From Rebecca billardiae RCC1528 (lineage: Eukaryota > Protista > Haptophyta): 64,000 bases of DNA. This document shows, one piece after another, positions 25,106 through 35,670 of the stretch. The position numbers and the translations under genes were made by a program. The stretch covers positions 1,488,001 through 1,552,000 of the forward strand of contig OZ251230.1 in the NCBI GenBank assembly GCA_965240325.2, written 5' to 3'. Numbering within the stretch: position 1 is the stretch's first letter; every line of letters begins with the position of its first letter. The notes under the pieces are model-generated. The model worked only from the letters and a program-made list of their open reading frames with translations, did not search any database and was not told where the DNA came from.

Positions 25106-25897
25106 TCAGCCGCTGGGCCCTAGCGGGTGATCCGGCGGTGATGTAGTCGTCCCCGTGTGCCCTGCGCGGCCGCGTGCGCGCTTGCCGCTCTGCTCAGCTG
25201 GCTTGCTGGCGGCGGCTGGCGCTGCTGCGGCGTGCAGGGTACGCTTTGCCCCCGACTGCTGCGCATCCTCGTCGTCCGAGTCGTCGTCCATGGACGAGTC
25301 TCGGTCCGCGTGGGGGACAGCAGCTGGAGCAGGCGCAGGTGCTGCGGGCAGAGAGGCCGCCAGCCGCGCCGCCTTGCGCTCCTGGCGTTTCTCGACGGCG
25401 CGCCGCGACGAGGTGCGGCGGCTCGATGGAGATCGAATCCGCCTGCCCTGCGCGCTACGCCGAGGCCCGCGCTTCCCGCGCCGAGGCTTCTTCTTCCGCT
25501 TCTGAGAGTGCTGCTGCTCGCCGTTTGCAGCCTGCACTCCAGTACCCGAGCCCTGCGCGGCGAGCGGGCGCGCCGGCGGAGCCGACTTGCGCGCTCGGCG
25601 CGGGGCGGGATGCAGGGGAGCTTTAGAAGGCGCGCCACCACCTCCCTCGCGCCGCTGGCTGCCACCAGCGGGGGTTCCCTGTGGAGAAGCATCAGGCCCT
25701 TGCGCATCAGGCGGACGCACAGACACCGTCAGACGGACACTCCCATCTGGCAGGAGGGAGATGTGCACCGCGCGCGGGAGGCCGTCGGCGGCGGTGAGCC
25801 TGTCTGCGTCACGCCAAAGGCGGACGTAGAGGCGCACCCAACGATCCGACAGCCCCTCGGGCAGCAGCGCAGTCAGTGCGGCGGCGACAGAGGTCAT
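25106..25897 (-). CDS. Basic low-complexity ORF inside a repeat-bounded segment, possibly a mobile-element ORF
   Basis: ATG-initiated 263 aa with K/R-rich stretch; lies between TCATTCT direct repeats at 24863 and 26207. Confidence 0.45.
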   Translation of the reverse strand: MTSVAAALTALLPEGLSDRWVRLYVRLWRDADRLTAADGLPRAVHISLLPDGSVRLTVSVRPPDAQGPDASPQGTPAGGSQRREGGGGAPSKAPLHPAPRRARKSAPPARPLAAQGSGTGVQAANGEQQHSQKRKKKPRRGKRGPRRSAQGRRIRSPSSRRTSSRRAVEKRQERKAARLAASLPAAPAPAPAAVPHADRDSSMDDDSDDEDAQQSGAKRTLHAAAAPAAASKPAEQSGKRARGRAGHTGTTTSPPDHPLGPSG

Positions 25898-27076
25898 GCG
25901 AAAGACGCCATCGTGCCGGGGGCCGCAGCCCGCTGAGTGCCGCGCTGGCTGGTACTCTCCGCCATCGCACTCGCTTCACGCGAGTGCCCGCCGAGTAACG
26001 ATGGCGGCGCAGTCCGGAGGAGAGTACCCGTTCACCCGTACAGCGCCGGGAGACTCACGGGAGACTCACTCAACTTTAATGGTCGGTCCCGGGCGCAAGG
26101 TTGGTGCGCAGGCGACAAGAATTGGCTCACATTTAGCGTCTCGGAGATCTCCTTCGGACACTCCGCGGGTTGGTTGCGCTCCGCTGCCGCCCGCGCGCGC
26201 TAAAATTCATTCTTTAAAATAATAGGGTTTTCAGTGCACTAAGAACCAAGCGAAGAAGATGACTCCAACGGGCAAAAAAGAGCAAAATCAACAGATTTGC
26301 GGAGCTTCCCGTAGGCTATGAAGGGCACGGTGCAGGCGAGTGATGCGGGCGCTCCATGGCCATGTCGGCCGTCGCGGATGGCGTCAACGCACGCCACATG
26401 CTCAAGACACATGCTCACTCGCACACACTTGGGTTGGGCGGGGCGAGACCGCGCTCGCGCAGCCAATCGACACTCAACGACGCTTGTTCGTTGCGGCTGC
26501 TTTGACACAGCGAACGGCAGGGTGCAGACTCGAGATGTGAGGGTCATGCGGGCTTGGACTCGTAGCCAGTACCCACTGGCGGCAGCCTGCATGCCGCGCG
26601 TACTCCTCCGGACGCGAACTCGTACATCGAGCGGCCAAACTGCTGCGCGAGTCGCCGCCCCAAGTCACAAGCTCGCCATGGATCGCAGAGCCCGCGTAAT
26701 CTCGGCGCTGTACGGGTACAGTTTACTAAGAATTAAGAGACGCACACAGCTCAGGCAGGCGAGATTGACGCCCGCCAACTGTCACCGCCCATGAAGCCGT
26801 CGCCGATGGTAGCGCCGCCGGAAAAATTCGTTCAGCCGTCCGCCTGCGAGGCCTGGATGAGGGCTGCGGCCGCCTCGCGGCGCGCCAGCGCCCGTCGTCC
26901 TCGCCCCACCGTCGTCCACAAAACGTCGTCGTCCGAACTCGCCGACTGGGCGCCGATGCAACAGCGCGCCGACAGGATGAGGATGTAGTAAGGAACGTGG
27001 AGCCCCACTGTCGGTTGGGGAAGGCGTGTATCAAGCGGCATGACTGGGGTAGCTTATCACACAGAAGGCCTGGCCC

Positions 27077-28220
27077 TCAGGTGATATGTGCCCCGGTATG
27101 GCGTGTCGGCCTCAAGGCCGGCGGCAGGGTTCTGTTGCCCGGAGGGTTCGCTGGCTCACCAGCGGCGAGGGCCGGGGCGCCCGGCTGCTTGCGCTTGCGG
27201 GCTGGGGCCGGCACTGGTGCCACCCCACCGCGTGTGCCGGCCTGCATGTATGGCTGCTGCCCAAGGTCCGCCTCGGTGGGCTGCTTCAGGGCTGGCTGTG
27301 CCTGCACGCCGGGTGCGCGCGAAGCGTCGTCTCGCTGGCGAGGAGCTGCAGTGGCGCCTGCTCTGCGCGTTCGGCGCTGGCACAGCCTGGCAGACTTGCG
27401 CAGGGGCGGGGCCTCAGGCACCGCAGGTGTCGGGGGCCTGGGCTGGTCAGGAGCGGGGGCGCCAGGCCAGAGGGGCTGCTGCAGGGTATCGGAATCCGGG
27501 CGGCGCCGTTTGGCCGGCGGGCCACGCCCCACAGCGGGGGGGTCGCCACGCGGCGCGACTGGTGGTGCTTGCGCGCCGGCGCTGCTGCTGGCACCTCCCT
27601 GGCTACACCCCGGGGGGTGTCCAAGCGGGGGGCCGCGTGCCACCGGTGACTGGGGGCTGCCTGTGAAGCCCCTGCGCATAGGGCGCTTGCCGGTGCCTGC
27701 AGCAGTGCTGGGCGGAGGCAGTGCAGAGCTGTCTGGCAACCGCCGCTGCCCATCACCAGCACCTGTGCCATGGTCCTCAGAGCAGTCGCCTGGCCGGTCC
27801 CTGGGCTGTTTGCCGCGCCGATTGCTTGTGGGGCCGCGCTCCCTGTGCTCGAGCCCCGGTCGGCTCGGCAGCGGCAGCACAGGCTCGTAGTGCCCGGTGC
27901 CATCAAAGTACACTGCTGCAAGAGTTGGGTCACGCGCAAGGAGGCGTTCGCGTACCGACTGTTGCTGGCGCGGGTCCGCGGGAGCACCTGCAGGGCCCCC
28001 CTGCGGGTGTTGCCAGCGTTGGGGGTCCGTATACACTGGGTTGTTCATGCTGGACCACCGCGGCACGTGCCTATACAGCGTGCACGCCACCAGGTGCCCG
28101 ACTGCATCCGCGCTCTCTGGCCTGCCTGCTGTCCCATCAGCAGGGGCAGTCTGGCTGGCGCGCGGCTGGAACACTGCGATGTCACGCCCCATGACGGCCG
28201 CAACCGCGGGTATCATGACA
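27077..28220 (-). pseudogene. 5'-truncated ORF with C-terminal half of an OTU-like protease domain
   Basis: IPAVAAVMGRDIAVF...AVYFDGTGHYEPV resembles the OTU helix/strand and His motif; the upstream part is replaced by a MITE. Confidence 0.45.
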
Positions 28221-28831
28221 GTATGGAGCGCTCGTTGGAACTTGAGCGGGGGTGGAACTTGACCCCGCATTTCCCAGCGAAGTGCCCCATCTCGGCGGGG
28301 CTGGCACGGTCGGCACACGCTCCTGAGCGCTCGCTTCGCGGTGCGGCAGGCCTTGGGCAGCCCAGACAGACATGCCGCGACCGAATTACCGGGCCATGCG
28401 CGCACCACACCCGCGCTACATGGCCTGCGCGCTGGACGACTGAGAGGCAACGCCGAACCACTGCATTCCACTACCCCGCATGCACCCCGAGTCACCTTCA
28501 GAGGGCGTCGACGAGCGCAGAGCGGGTGCGTGGGAGTTCGACCAACTCGTGTACCTTCTTGCAAGCACCAGCGGCGAGGTCGCAAGCCGAACCTTGACCA
28601 GCCGTGGAACTTGAGCTGGTCGGCAGCAAAACCACCGTTTAACCCGGATCAAGTTAGCAGCGTGCGAGGAGGAGGCGCGGTGCGCGTCCGCGGCTGGCGA
28701 GAGGCGTCCGGACCGTGCCGTTCTCGGCCGCGCCCGCGCGCTTCCCGCCGCCGCAGGCCCCGTGTACGCCCGTCGTCGCCCTCGCCGCGCGGGCGCCAAA
28801 CCGGCGTCAAGTTCCAACGAGCGCTCCATAC
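28221..28831. mobile_element. 611-bp MITE-like element with 25-bp perfect TIRs
   Basis: GTATGGAGCGCTCGTTGGAACTTGA (28221-28245) and its reverse complement (28807-28831); CA on both flanks; internal GGAACTTGA copies. Confidence 0.8.
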
Positions 28832-29019
28832 CAGACAGGAGTCCGCGCGAGATCCGAGGCCGCCCCCTCCCTCCCGCTCCCGGGCGCCGCTCCGCCGCGG
28901 GCGTGCACGCCGCGAGTTCGACGCGCGCGGCGCTGCCATGCTGCCGACGCTTCGTCCGGGTCGTCGACCGGCTGCCGCCGCGCCCGCGTCCGCCGCTGAG
29001 CCCACCGGGTGCGCCACGC

Positions 29020-30611
29020 GCTGCGCGGCATGCGCGGGCGCCGAACTGACCGGCGCCTCCGCGAGCGCCCGCACCGGGGGCGAGAGAGTGGCAATTTCGC
29101 GGGTGTTAAGGTTTGAATGTGGGGTTGGGCCAATCGAGCTCCCATACAGACCTTAACACCCGCGAAACTGTCCCCAGACCGTGCGCTCACGACGCGCGTA
29201 TGCTACCTGCCTGGGTGCAATGAAGCTGGTTGTGCACCTCTGCGAGCGCCGTCGCCCAAGTCGAGAGAGCGGATATTTCGCGGGTGTCTTTGTTTGGGCA
29301 GTGCCCCGTGCTACTACTCTCGGCATACACGCCCAAAGACCCGCGTTCTAGCCCACGGGGCGCGAGCAGACCGCGACGCGCACACGCTGCGCGCCTTGGC
29401 ACAATGCACCTGGCCATGCGACGACCGTGCGAGCGTCGTCCGAGGCGAGAGAGGGGGCTATTCGCGGGTGTCTTTGCTTCTTTGGAGGGTTGTGCCCGTG
29501 CCCTTGGCACGCACAGCTTAACACCCGCGGTTTGTCCGAAGACCGCGCGCGCACGACAGCGCGCGCGCGCTGCGCGTGGTAGTCAAGCGCATGCCGAATG
29601 CAGACTGCCTAGCCCCAACCAGCGTTCGGCACTGACGGATATCGACGATGCTGGGTCGCGGTCGGAGAGAGACGATGGCAATCACCTGGGTCAGATTGCA
29701 GCCTCTAAAGTCGGCACATACAACAGAGGCTTCGGACTATGTGCTAGGCAGCGTGCGCAACGACGATGTTCGCGGTCTATGAAGTGATCGCACCGCGCAG
29801 GCCTAGAATTGAACCGCCTCATGCGGGCCGCCACTCGGCCGCATCATGCTGCGCCATATTCATGGCATCGGTCGATATGAATGGCACGCGCATGTCTTCT
29901 GCAAGTTTCCTTGAGGATGATACGAGCGAGCATCTGCCTGCGTTGGGCGACGCTCTCTAGGCTCTAGCGCGTTCAAGGATGGCGCAGTTGCTGTTGAGTG
30001 TTGGCGGTGCTTGCAGCTAGGCGAGTCCTCCACGACGCGCGGTGCGCGCACGCTGTCGTGAGCGCGCGCTGTCGCGCGCGCGGTCTTCGGACAAACCGCG
30101 GGTGTTAAGCTGTGCGTGCCAAGGGCACGGGCACAACCCTCCAAAGAAGCAAAGACACCCGCGAATAGCCCCCTCTCTCGCCTCGGACGACGCTCGCACG
30201 GTCGTCGCATGGCCAGGTGCATTGTGCCAAGGCGCGCAGCGTGTGCGCGTCGCGGTCTGCTCGCGCCCCGTGGGCTAGAACGCGGGTCTTTGGGCGTGTA
30301 CAGTATGCCGAGAGTAGTAGCACGGGGCACTGCCCAAACAAAGACACCCGCGAAATATCCGCTCTCTCGACTTGGGCGACGGCGCTCGCAGAGGTGCACA
30401 ACCAGCTTCATTGCACCCAGGCAGGTAGCATACGCGCGTCGTGAGCGCACGGTCTGGGGACAGTTTCGCGGGTGTTAAGGTCTGTATGGGAGCTCGATTG
30501 GCCCAACCCCACATTCAAACCTTAACACCCGCGAAATTGCCACTCTCTCGCCCCCGGTGCGGGCGCTCGCGGAGGCGCCGGTCAGTTCGGCGCCCGCGCA
30601 TGCCGCGCAGC
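29020..30611. repeat. Large inverted repeat (foldback): arms about 29020-29567 and 30062-30611, spacer about 490 bp
   Basis: Arms are near-perfect reverse complements; the ORF track shows identical peptides on opposite strands. Confidence 0.93.
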
Positions 30612-31191
30612 AGCCTGTTAGTCACTTAGTGTTGGGCAGACGTGACGACACGTGATGGTCACGGCACTCGGCGAATTCCCACTAATCCCAGCAGACCCTG
30701 TCACAGCTATTGCGCCTATTGCCGATATTTATATTACTCATTAGGCAGCCAGTACACGGAGTACTAGGAGTACTGACCCGGTACTACTGTACGGTCTTTA
30801 ACTACGGTCCCGTACGGTCTGTCCCGCCTGGCGGTCTCGGACAGTGGCATTGTCTGCCAGTCCGACGGCCAGCTTGGCAGCTACGTTTACGAGTCGGATC
30901 CGGTCCCGGACTGCTACGCCTTACAGTTACGGTGGTGCGGCGGTCTATAACTATAGCAGACCGTAACCGTACTCATCGGTACTAGCTAGGCGGCGGTCAG
31001 CCGGTCACGGTGTATAACGACAGTTAGAAATAGAATATGGCGGCGCGCCCACTTAGGCCACTGCTGACTCACTCACTGTAACTACACTGTCCGTGGGCCA
31101 GCGTCCGCGTCACGACGCGCGGCACGACCCGTCAACTGCTACTACTATAGTACTAACTGACTGCGTCAGCTAGATGACGCGGGCTGAATCA

Positions 31192-32958
31192 TCATGATGA
31201 CTGAGTATCAGAAGCCTCGGACGAATCATCGTCGGCGCTCGACGACTCGCCCTCGCTGCGCGCTGCGCTCGAAGAGGCGTCTCCGCTGTCGGTCGTATCG
31301 CCTTCGGAAGTGCCCTCACTCCCTCCGCCGGACGAGCTCGACGCGTCACTCGCGGCTGGCGCGGCCCCACCGGCTACAACGCCAACGGGCCGCTGCTGTG
31401 GGGGGCCACGACCAGGCGGCGCCGCGTGATGATCATTATCACTCTCTGGAAGGGCGCCTGGCGCGCCTTCTGCATCGAGCGCGGCGCGCGCACGCATGCT
31501 CGCGCGGTTGAGCTCGGCAATCGTGCGCGCGTACTCGCCCGCGCTCGCGACCGTGCCCGCCACCTGCGCCTCGTAGCCCTCCAGCTGCTTGTCCGACTGC
31601 CGGCGGTACTCGGAGAACTCCTCGGAGAGGAGCTGCTGCTTGGCCTGCAGCTCGGCGATCTCGCGCCGAAACTTGAGCTCGCGCGCGTTCAGCTTGGTCT
31701 GCGCGGCGCCGTGCACCTGCGCGACGAGCTCGTTGGCGGTCATGCCGCTCGCCACGCGCTCCGCGTGCTCCCGCAGCGCGCGCGTCACCGGCACCTCGTC
31801 CAGCGAGCGCAGCCCCCGGAGCTCTGCGAGCAGGTGCGCCGTGTACGCAGACTCGTCGACGCCATTGCCGTAGAGCGCGAGGCTGCTCAGCCCAGGCAGC
31901 GAGCGGAGCACCGCCTGCGCGGCGGGGAGCGCACCGATCGCGTTGTGCGACACGTCCAGCCGCGCGAGCGCGGGCGCGCCGCGCACGTCCTCCAGCTCGG
32001 TCAGCTCGTTGTCGTGCGCGACGATCGTGTGCAGCGCGCGCAGCGCCGAGACCCCTTCAAGCCGGCCAATCATGTTCGCCTGCACGTGCAGCTGCTCCAG
32101 CTGCGGCAGCGCGGCGACGGCGCGCACGTCCCGCAGCTCGTTGTACGAGGCATCGAGGTACGTGAGCGACGGCTGCGCCTCGACGCCCGCGAGCGACGTG
32201 AGCGCATTGTGCGCGAGCACGAGCCGGCGCAGCCGCGGCAGCGGCGCGCTGCCGAGACGCGCGAGGTCGCTCACGTGGTTGAGCGAGACGTCGAGGGCGC
32301 ACAGCCAGCGGAGAGGCTTGCCCGCGAGGCTCGCCGCGTCGAGCACGCGCAGCTCGTTGATCGACACGTCGAGTGAGCCGCAGTGCACCCCGCCGGGCAC
32401 GGCCTCCAGGCCGCGCACTGAGCCGGTGCCGACAGAGGCGGTGGCCGACGTGGCTGCGTCTGAAGACGACTGTGAGTCCTCCTCCTCGGAGGAGGAGGAG
32501 TCGCTGCCATCGCTGCCGGACGCGTCTTCGGACGCCGAGTCCGAGCCACCGCTGCTCGCGTCGTCCTCGTCGCTGCTCTCGCTGCCACTCGAGCCCGATG
32601 ACGACGAGCTACCTGAGGAGGATCGCGAGCGGCGCGTTCGAGCGGTGGTGCCCACCTGCGCGGCTCCGACGTCCGCGCCGGCGCGGCGTTGGCGCTGTAT
32701 CCGGCGGCGCGTGAGACAGCCGCGAAATTGCGCCTGGATGCGCCGGATAGAGGCGCGCACCAGACGCTTGTGACATGTGCGCATCTCGCTCTGCACGCGC
32801 GCCGCCAGCGGAATGGCGGGGAGCTGCATCGAGCGATACTCGACAGCCAGCAACACGCTTTTCTCAGTCAAGTGCACCCGCCATGCGGTCGGCGGCCATG
32901 CACGCCGCACGCCCGGCCTCGAGCGCGCCAGAGGCCGTCTGCTCAGCTCAGTTGCCAT
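31192..32958 (-). CDS. IQ-motif plus leucine-rich-repeat plus coiled-coil protein (ciliary/centriolar LRR type)
   Basis: IQAQFRGCLTRR; several LxxLxLxxN repeats; LRSLDEVPVT LRR cap; C-terminal coiled coil. Confidence 0.85.
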   Translation of the reverse strand: MATELSRRPLARSRPGVRRAWPPTAWRVHLTEKSVLLAVEYRSMQLPAIPLAARVQSEMRTCHKRLVRASIRRIQAQFRGCLTRRRIQRQRRAGADVGAAQVGTTARTRRSRSSSGSSSSSGSSGSESSDEDDASSGGSDSASEDASGSDGSDSSSSEEEDSQSSSDAATSATASVGTGSVRGLEAVPGGVHCGSLDVSINELRVLDAASLAGKPLRWLCALDVSLNHVSDLARLGSAPLPRLRRLVLAHNALTSLAGVEAQPSLTYLDASYNELRDVRAVAALPQLEQLHVQANMIGRLEGVSALRALHTIVAHDNELTELEDVRGAPALARLDVSHNAIGALPAAQAVLRSLPGLSSLALYGNGVDESAYTAHLLAELRGLRSLDEVPVTRALREHAERVASGMTANELVAQVHGAAQTKLNARELKFRREIAELQAKQQLLSEEFSEYRRQSDKQLEGYEAQVAGTVASAGEYARTIAELNRASMRARAALDAEGAPGALPESDNDHHAAPPGRGPPQQRPVGVVAGGAAPAASDASSSSGGGSEGTSEGDTTDSGDASSSAARSEGESSSADDDSSEASDTQSS

Positions 32959-33201
32959 TCCTCCTCCCAGCCTCGACCGTCAGTTCGTCGTCAGCGTGCT
33001 CGCCGGCCAACCCGCAACCGCCATCATTCTCCTTCATACGCACGGGTATTGTTGTCGCTTTTGTATCATCGCGTTTTTTTAAACCGCGCGCGGTGCCGCG
33101 GTCCGCCTCCCGGTGACCGTTGCTTGAACTGGTTGCCGCGGCCACTGGCAGTGCCGCAGGCGCAGTGCCGCAGCAGCAGTGTCAGCCGTCACTCTGCAAT
33201 T

Positions 33202-34401
33202 TCACGCTGGGACCGTGCGCGCCCATGCTCCGAGCGCCAAGCGCATGTCGGCGAGGTCTTGGTGCCGCGCAAACGTGCGGAGCGCGTGCATGCGCCCCTG
33301 CCACACGCGCACCTCAAGCCTGTCTGCGACTTCGTCGCTGCTCACGCTCGCGCCACGAGCGCTGCTGCCCGGCCTGCTACCCGCGCCGTCGGCCGGTGCT
33401 CCTGCCCACTGCCTGTCGGTCGCAATCGAGCTGAGCGCCGCCATGCTGCCCCGGTGCTCGTCAAACCGCTCCCACGTGCGCCACGCGGTGCGCATCGTCG
33501 CCGCCCACAGCGCCAGCACGGCCGAGAGCAGCGCGCGCCTGAGCGCGACGGCCTTGAGCCGCTCATACTGGTGCAGCAGCCCGCGCAGAAGCACCTCAGG
33601 ACGCTCGTGCGCTGCCCACTCGTGGTCGGCGGAGCGGCCGCTGTTGGCGACCGCCTGCCGCCTCGCCAGCACTGCGCGCACCTCGTCGGCGATGGTGGCA
33701 CGTGGCTGAGCGAGGGCTGCGCGACGATCCAGCGCGGCTTGCGCGCCATCCATGCCATCACCTCGGGGCACTGACGCCGACCCGTGCGGGTACCGCCCTC
33801 GACCCTCGAGCCTCCGAGGGTCGGTGCGCGAGGCGCGAGCTGCGGAGCTCGGCATGGCCACGGGCGGAGTGTGCGCGGGCCCGGCCGTGCTCGCCATGCG
33901 CGGGTTGGGCGGCGGGGCGATCTCGCCGACGTCGTGAGCGACGAGCGACTCGACGTCAGCGCGCAGGATGACGCGCGCAGTCTCGCTCACCACGCCGTAA
34001 AAGTTGAAGACACCGACAATCACGCGGTCATGTTCGGCGAGCTGCTCAGCGGCAAGGCGCACGCGGTGCACGGCGAGGTTGGAGTCAAACGCGCGTTCAT
34101 CCCAGGCGTGCGCGTCAACGATTGTCGTACGCAGCGGGTCACACGACGGCACGGCATTGCGGCTCGCCATGAGCACGGGGTCGCCACTCTCGCGCTCGAG
34201 CTCGATCGTCAGCGCCGCAAAGCGGCTGTCGCGCAAGATGTCGTCGAGATCGCACACGAAGACCTGCGTCTGGCCAGGCGCAACAGCGCTCGTCATCGGC
34301 ACGCCCAGGTCGAGCTTCACGTACTCGAGCCCCGCCGTGCTGGCCAGCGGTCGCCGCGCGGCAGCCACATTTGGCGTCGGGAGGAAGACTGTCGTCGCCA
34401 T
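33202..34401 (-). CDS. Uncharacterised protein with N-terminal beta-rich domain and Trp-spaced helical C-terminus
   Basis: ATG-initiated 399-aa ORF with GC3-rich codons and globular-looking N-terminus. Confidence 0.6.
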   Translation of the reverse strand: MATTVFLPTPNVAAARRPLASTAGLEYVKLDLGVPMTSAVAPGQTQVFVCDLDDILRDSRFAALTIELERESGDPVLMASRNAVPSCDPLRTTIVDAHAWDERAFDSNLAVHRVRLAAEQLAEHDRVIVGVFNFYGVVSETARVILRADVESLVAHDVGEIAPPPNPRMASTAGPAHTPPVAMPSSAARASRTDPRRLEGRGRYPHGSASVPRGDGMDGAQAALDRRAALAQPRATIADEVRAVLARRQAVANSGRSADHEWAAHERPEVLLRGLLHQYERLKAVALRRALLSAVLALWAATMRTAWRTWERFDEHRGSMAALSSIATDRQWAGAPADGAGSRPGSSARGASVSSDEVADRLEVRVWQGRMHALRTFARHQDLADMRLALGAWARTVPA

Positions 34402-34569
34402 GGCGCCGACCGCGATGCAGTTGAAATCCCGTCATATTTATAGGGCCGTTGCCTATTCAGATTCGAGATTGTGCTGACGAGACGCGCCGCCGCCGCTGCC
34501 GGACGCGGCGACAGGACTGACTCTGAACTCGCTGACGACGGACAGGACGGGCTCAAGAACTGCCACGTC

Positions 34570-35449
34570 ATGGCTGCCCGCCGTCGGACGTGCCTCGTGC
34601 TTTGCGCAACACTCGCGGCGCTTGCGCCGTGCGTGCGCGCCTTCGAGCGGCCCGGGGCCGCGGCGGCCGACCTGGGCGGTGCAGATGCCGACGCAAACCT
34701 CGCGAACCTCATGCAGAAGGCGGGCCTGGGCTCCATGGACGGCGACAAGATGCGCGAGGCCATGCAGGCGATGATGGCCGGCGGCGAGGGGCTGGATGGG
34801 CTGGGGCAGGGGATGGAGGGGCTCGGAAAGATGATGCAGGTGCGAGACTGGGCCATCGCGCGCGCACGCTCCCGAGCGCGCTGCATGCGTCCGGCTGCTC
34901 ATCACGCGTGGGTCGCGCGAACCGGCCGGCGCGCGCGCGCAGGACATGATGGGAAATCCGGAGATGCTCGCGCAGGTGGAGAAGGCGATGTCCGACCCCG
35001 AGGCACAGCAGCAGATGATGCAATGGGCGGAGAAGCTGCAAGAGTCGCTCATGGAGAACCCGCAGATGGCGGCGCTCGCCAAGCAGTTTGAGAACATGGA
35101 CCTGGGCGGCAATTTTGCGAAGGCCATGGAGGACTTGCAGAACAACCCGCAGATGAAGGAGATGGCGGAGCAGCTCAAGGGCGAGCTCGAGGGGCTGGAG
35201 GAGGGCGGCATGGACAGCCTCTCGAAGGCGATCAACGTGGGGCAGGAGGTCTTCAAGAAGATGATGGCGGACCCTTCGTACCTCGAGCAGTTTGGCGAGA
35301 CGATGAAGCAGATGCTGCCGCCCGAGGCGCTCGCCAACATGGAGGAGCAGATCAAGGCGGCGATGGAAGCCGGCGGTGGCGCTGGCGGCATGCCCGACCT
35401 CGAACAGCTCAAGCAGGCCATGGGCGGCTGGAACAAGGATGAGATGTGA
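34570..35449 (+). CDS. Secretory STI1/Met-rich protein ending in KDEM; exons 34570-34839 and 34943-35449
   Basis: Signal peptide; MMGNPEML, MENPQM, NNPQM and MMADPSY STI1-like motifs; phase-0 GT-AG intron 34840-34942. Confidence 0.8.
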
Positions 35450-35670
35450 GCGCTACCGACACAGTAAGACTCGATAGGATCCGGGCAGGCCAGGCTGTCC
35501 CGGACACTCGGTCCCGGACTCCGCCGGGCACCCGGACTCGTCCCCATTTTATAATAATCGTACGCCGAAAAGATGAATATGTCAAAAGGGTCGCCGTTTG
35601 GCCGCGTGCAGGTTGTGTGCGGCTGCGGCGCCCGCCTCTCAGGCGCAGGCGGCGTCAACGCCCGGAGACG

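Noticed and set aside
29568-30061. Coding cargo in the foldback spacer
   Set aside because: Only short ORFs without recognisable motifs
31192-34401. Single spliced gene joining the two minus-strand ORFs
   Set aside because: No convincing donor/acceptor pair found, and an AT-rich promoter-like patch lies near 33060-33085; left as two genes
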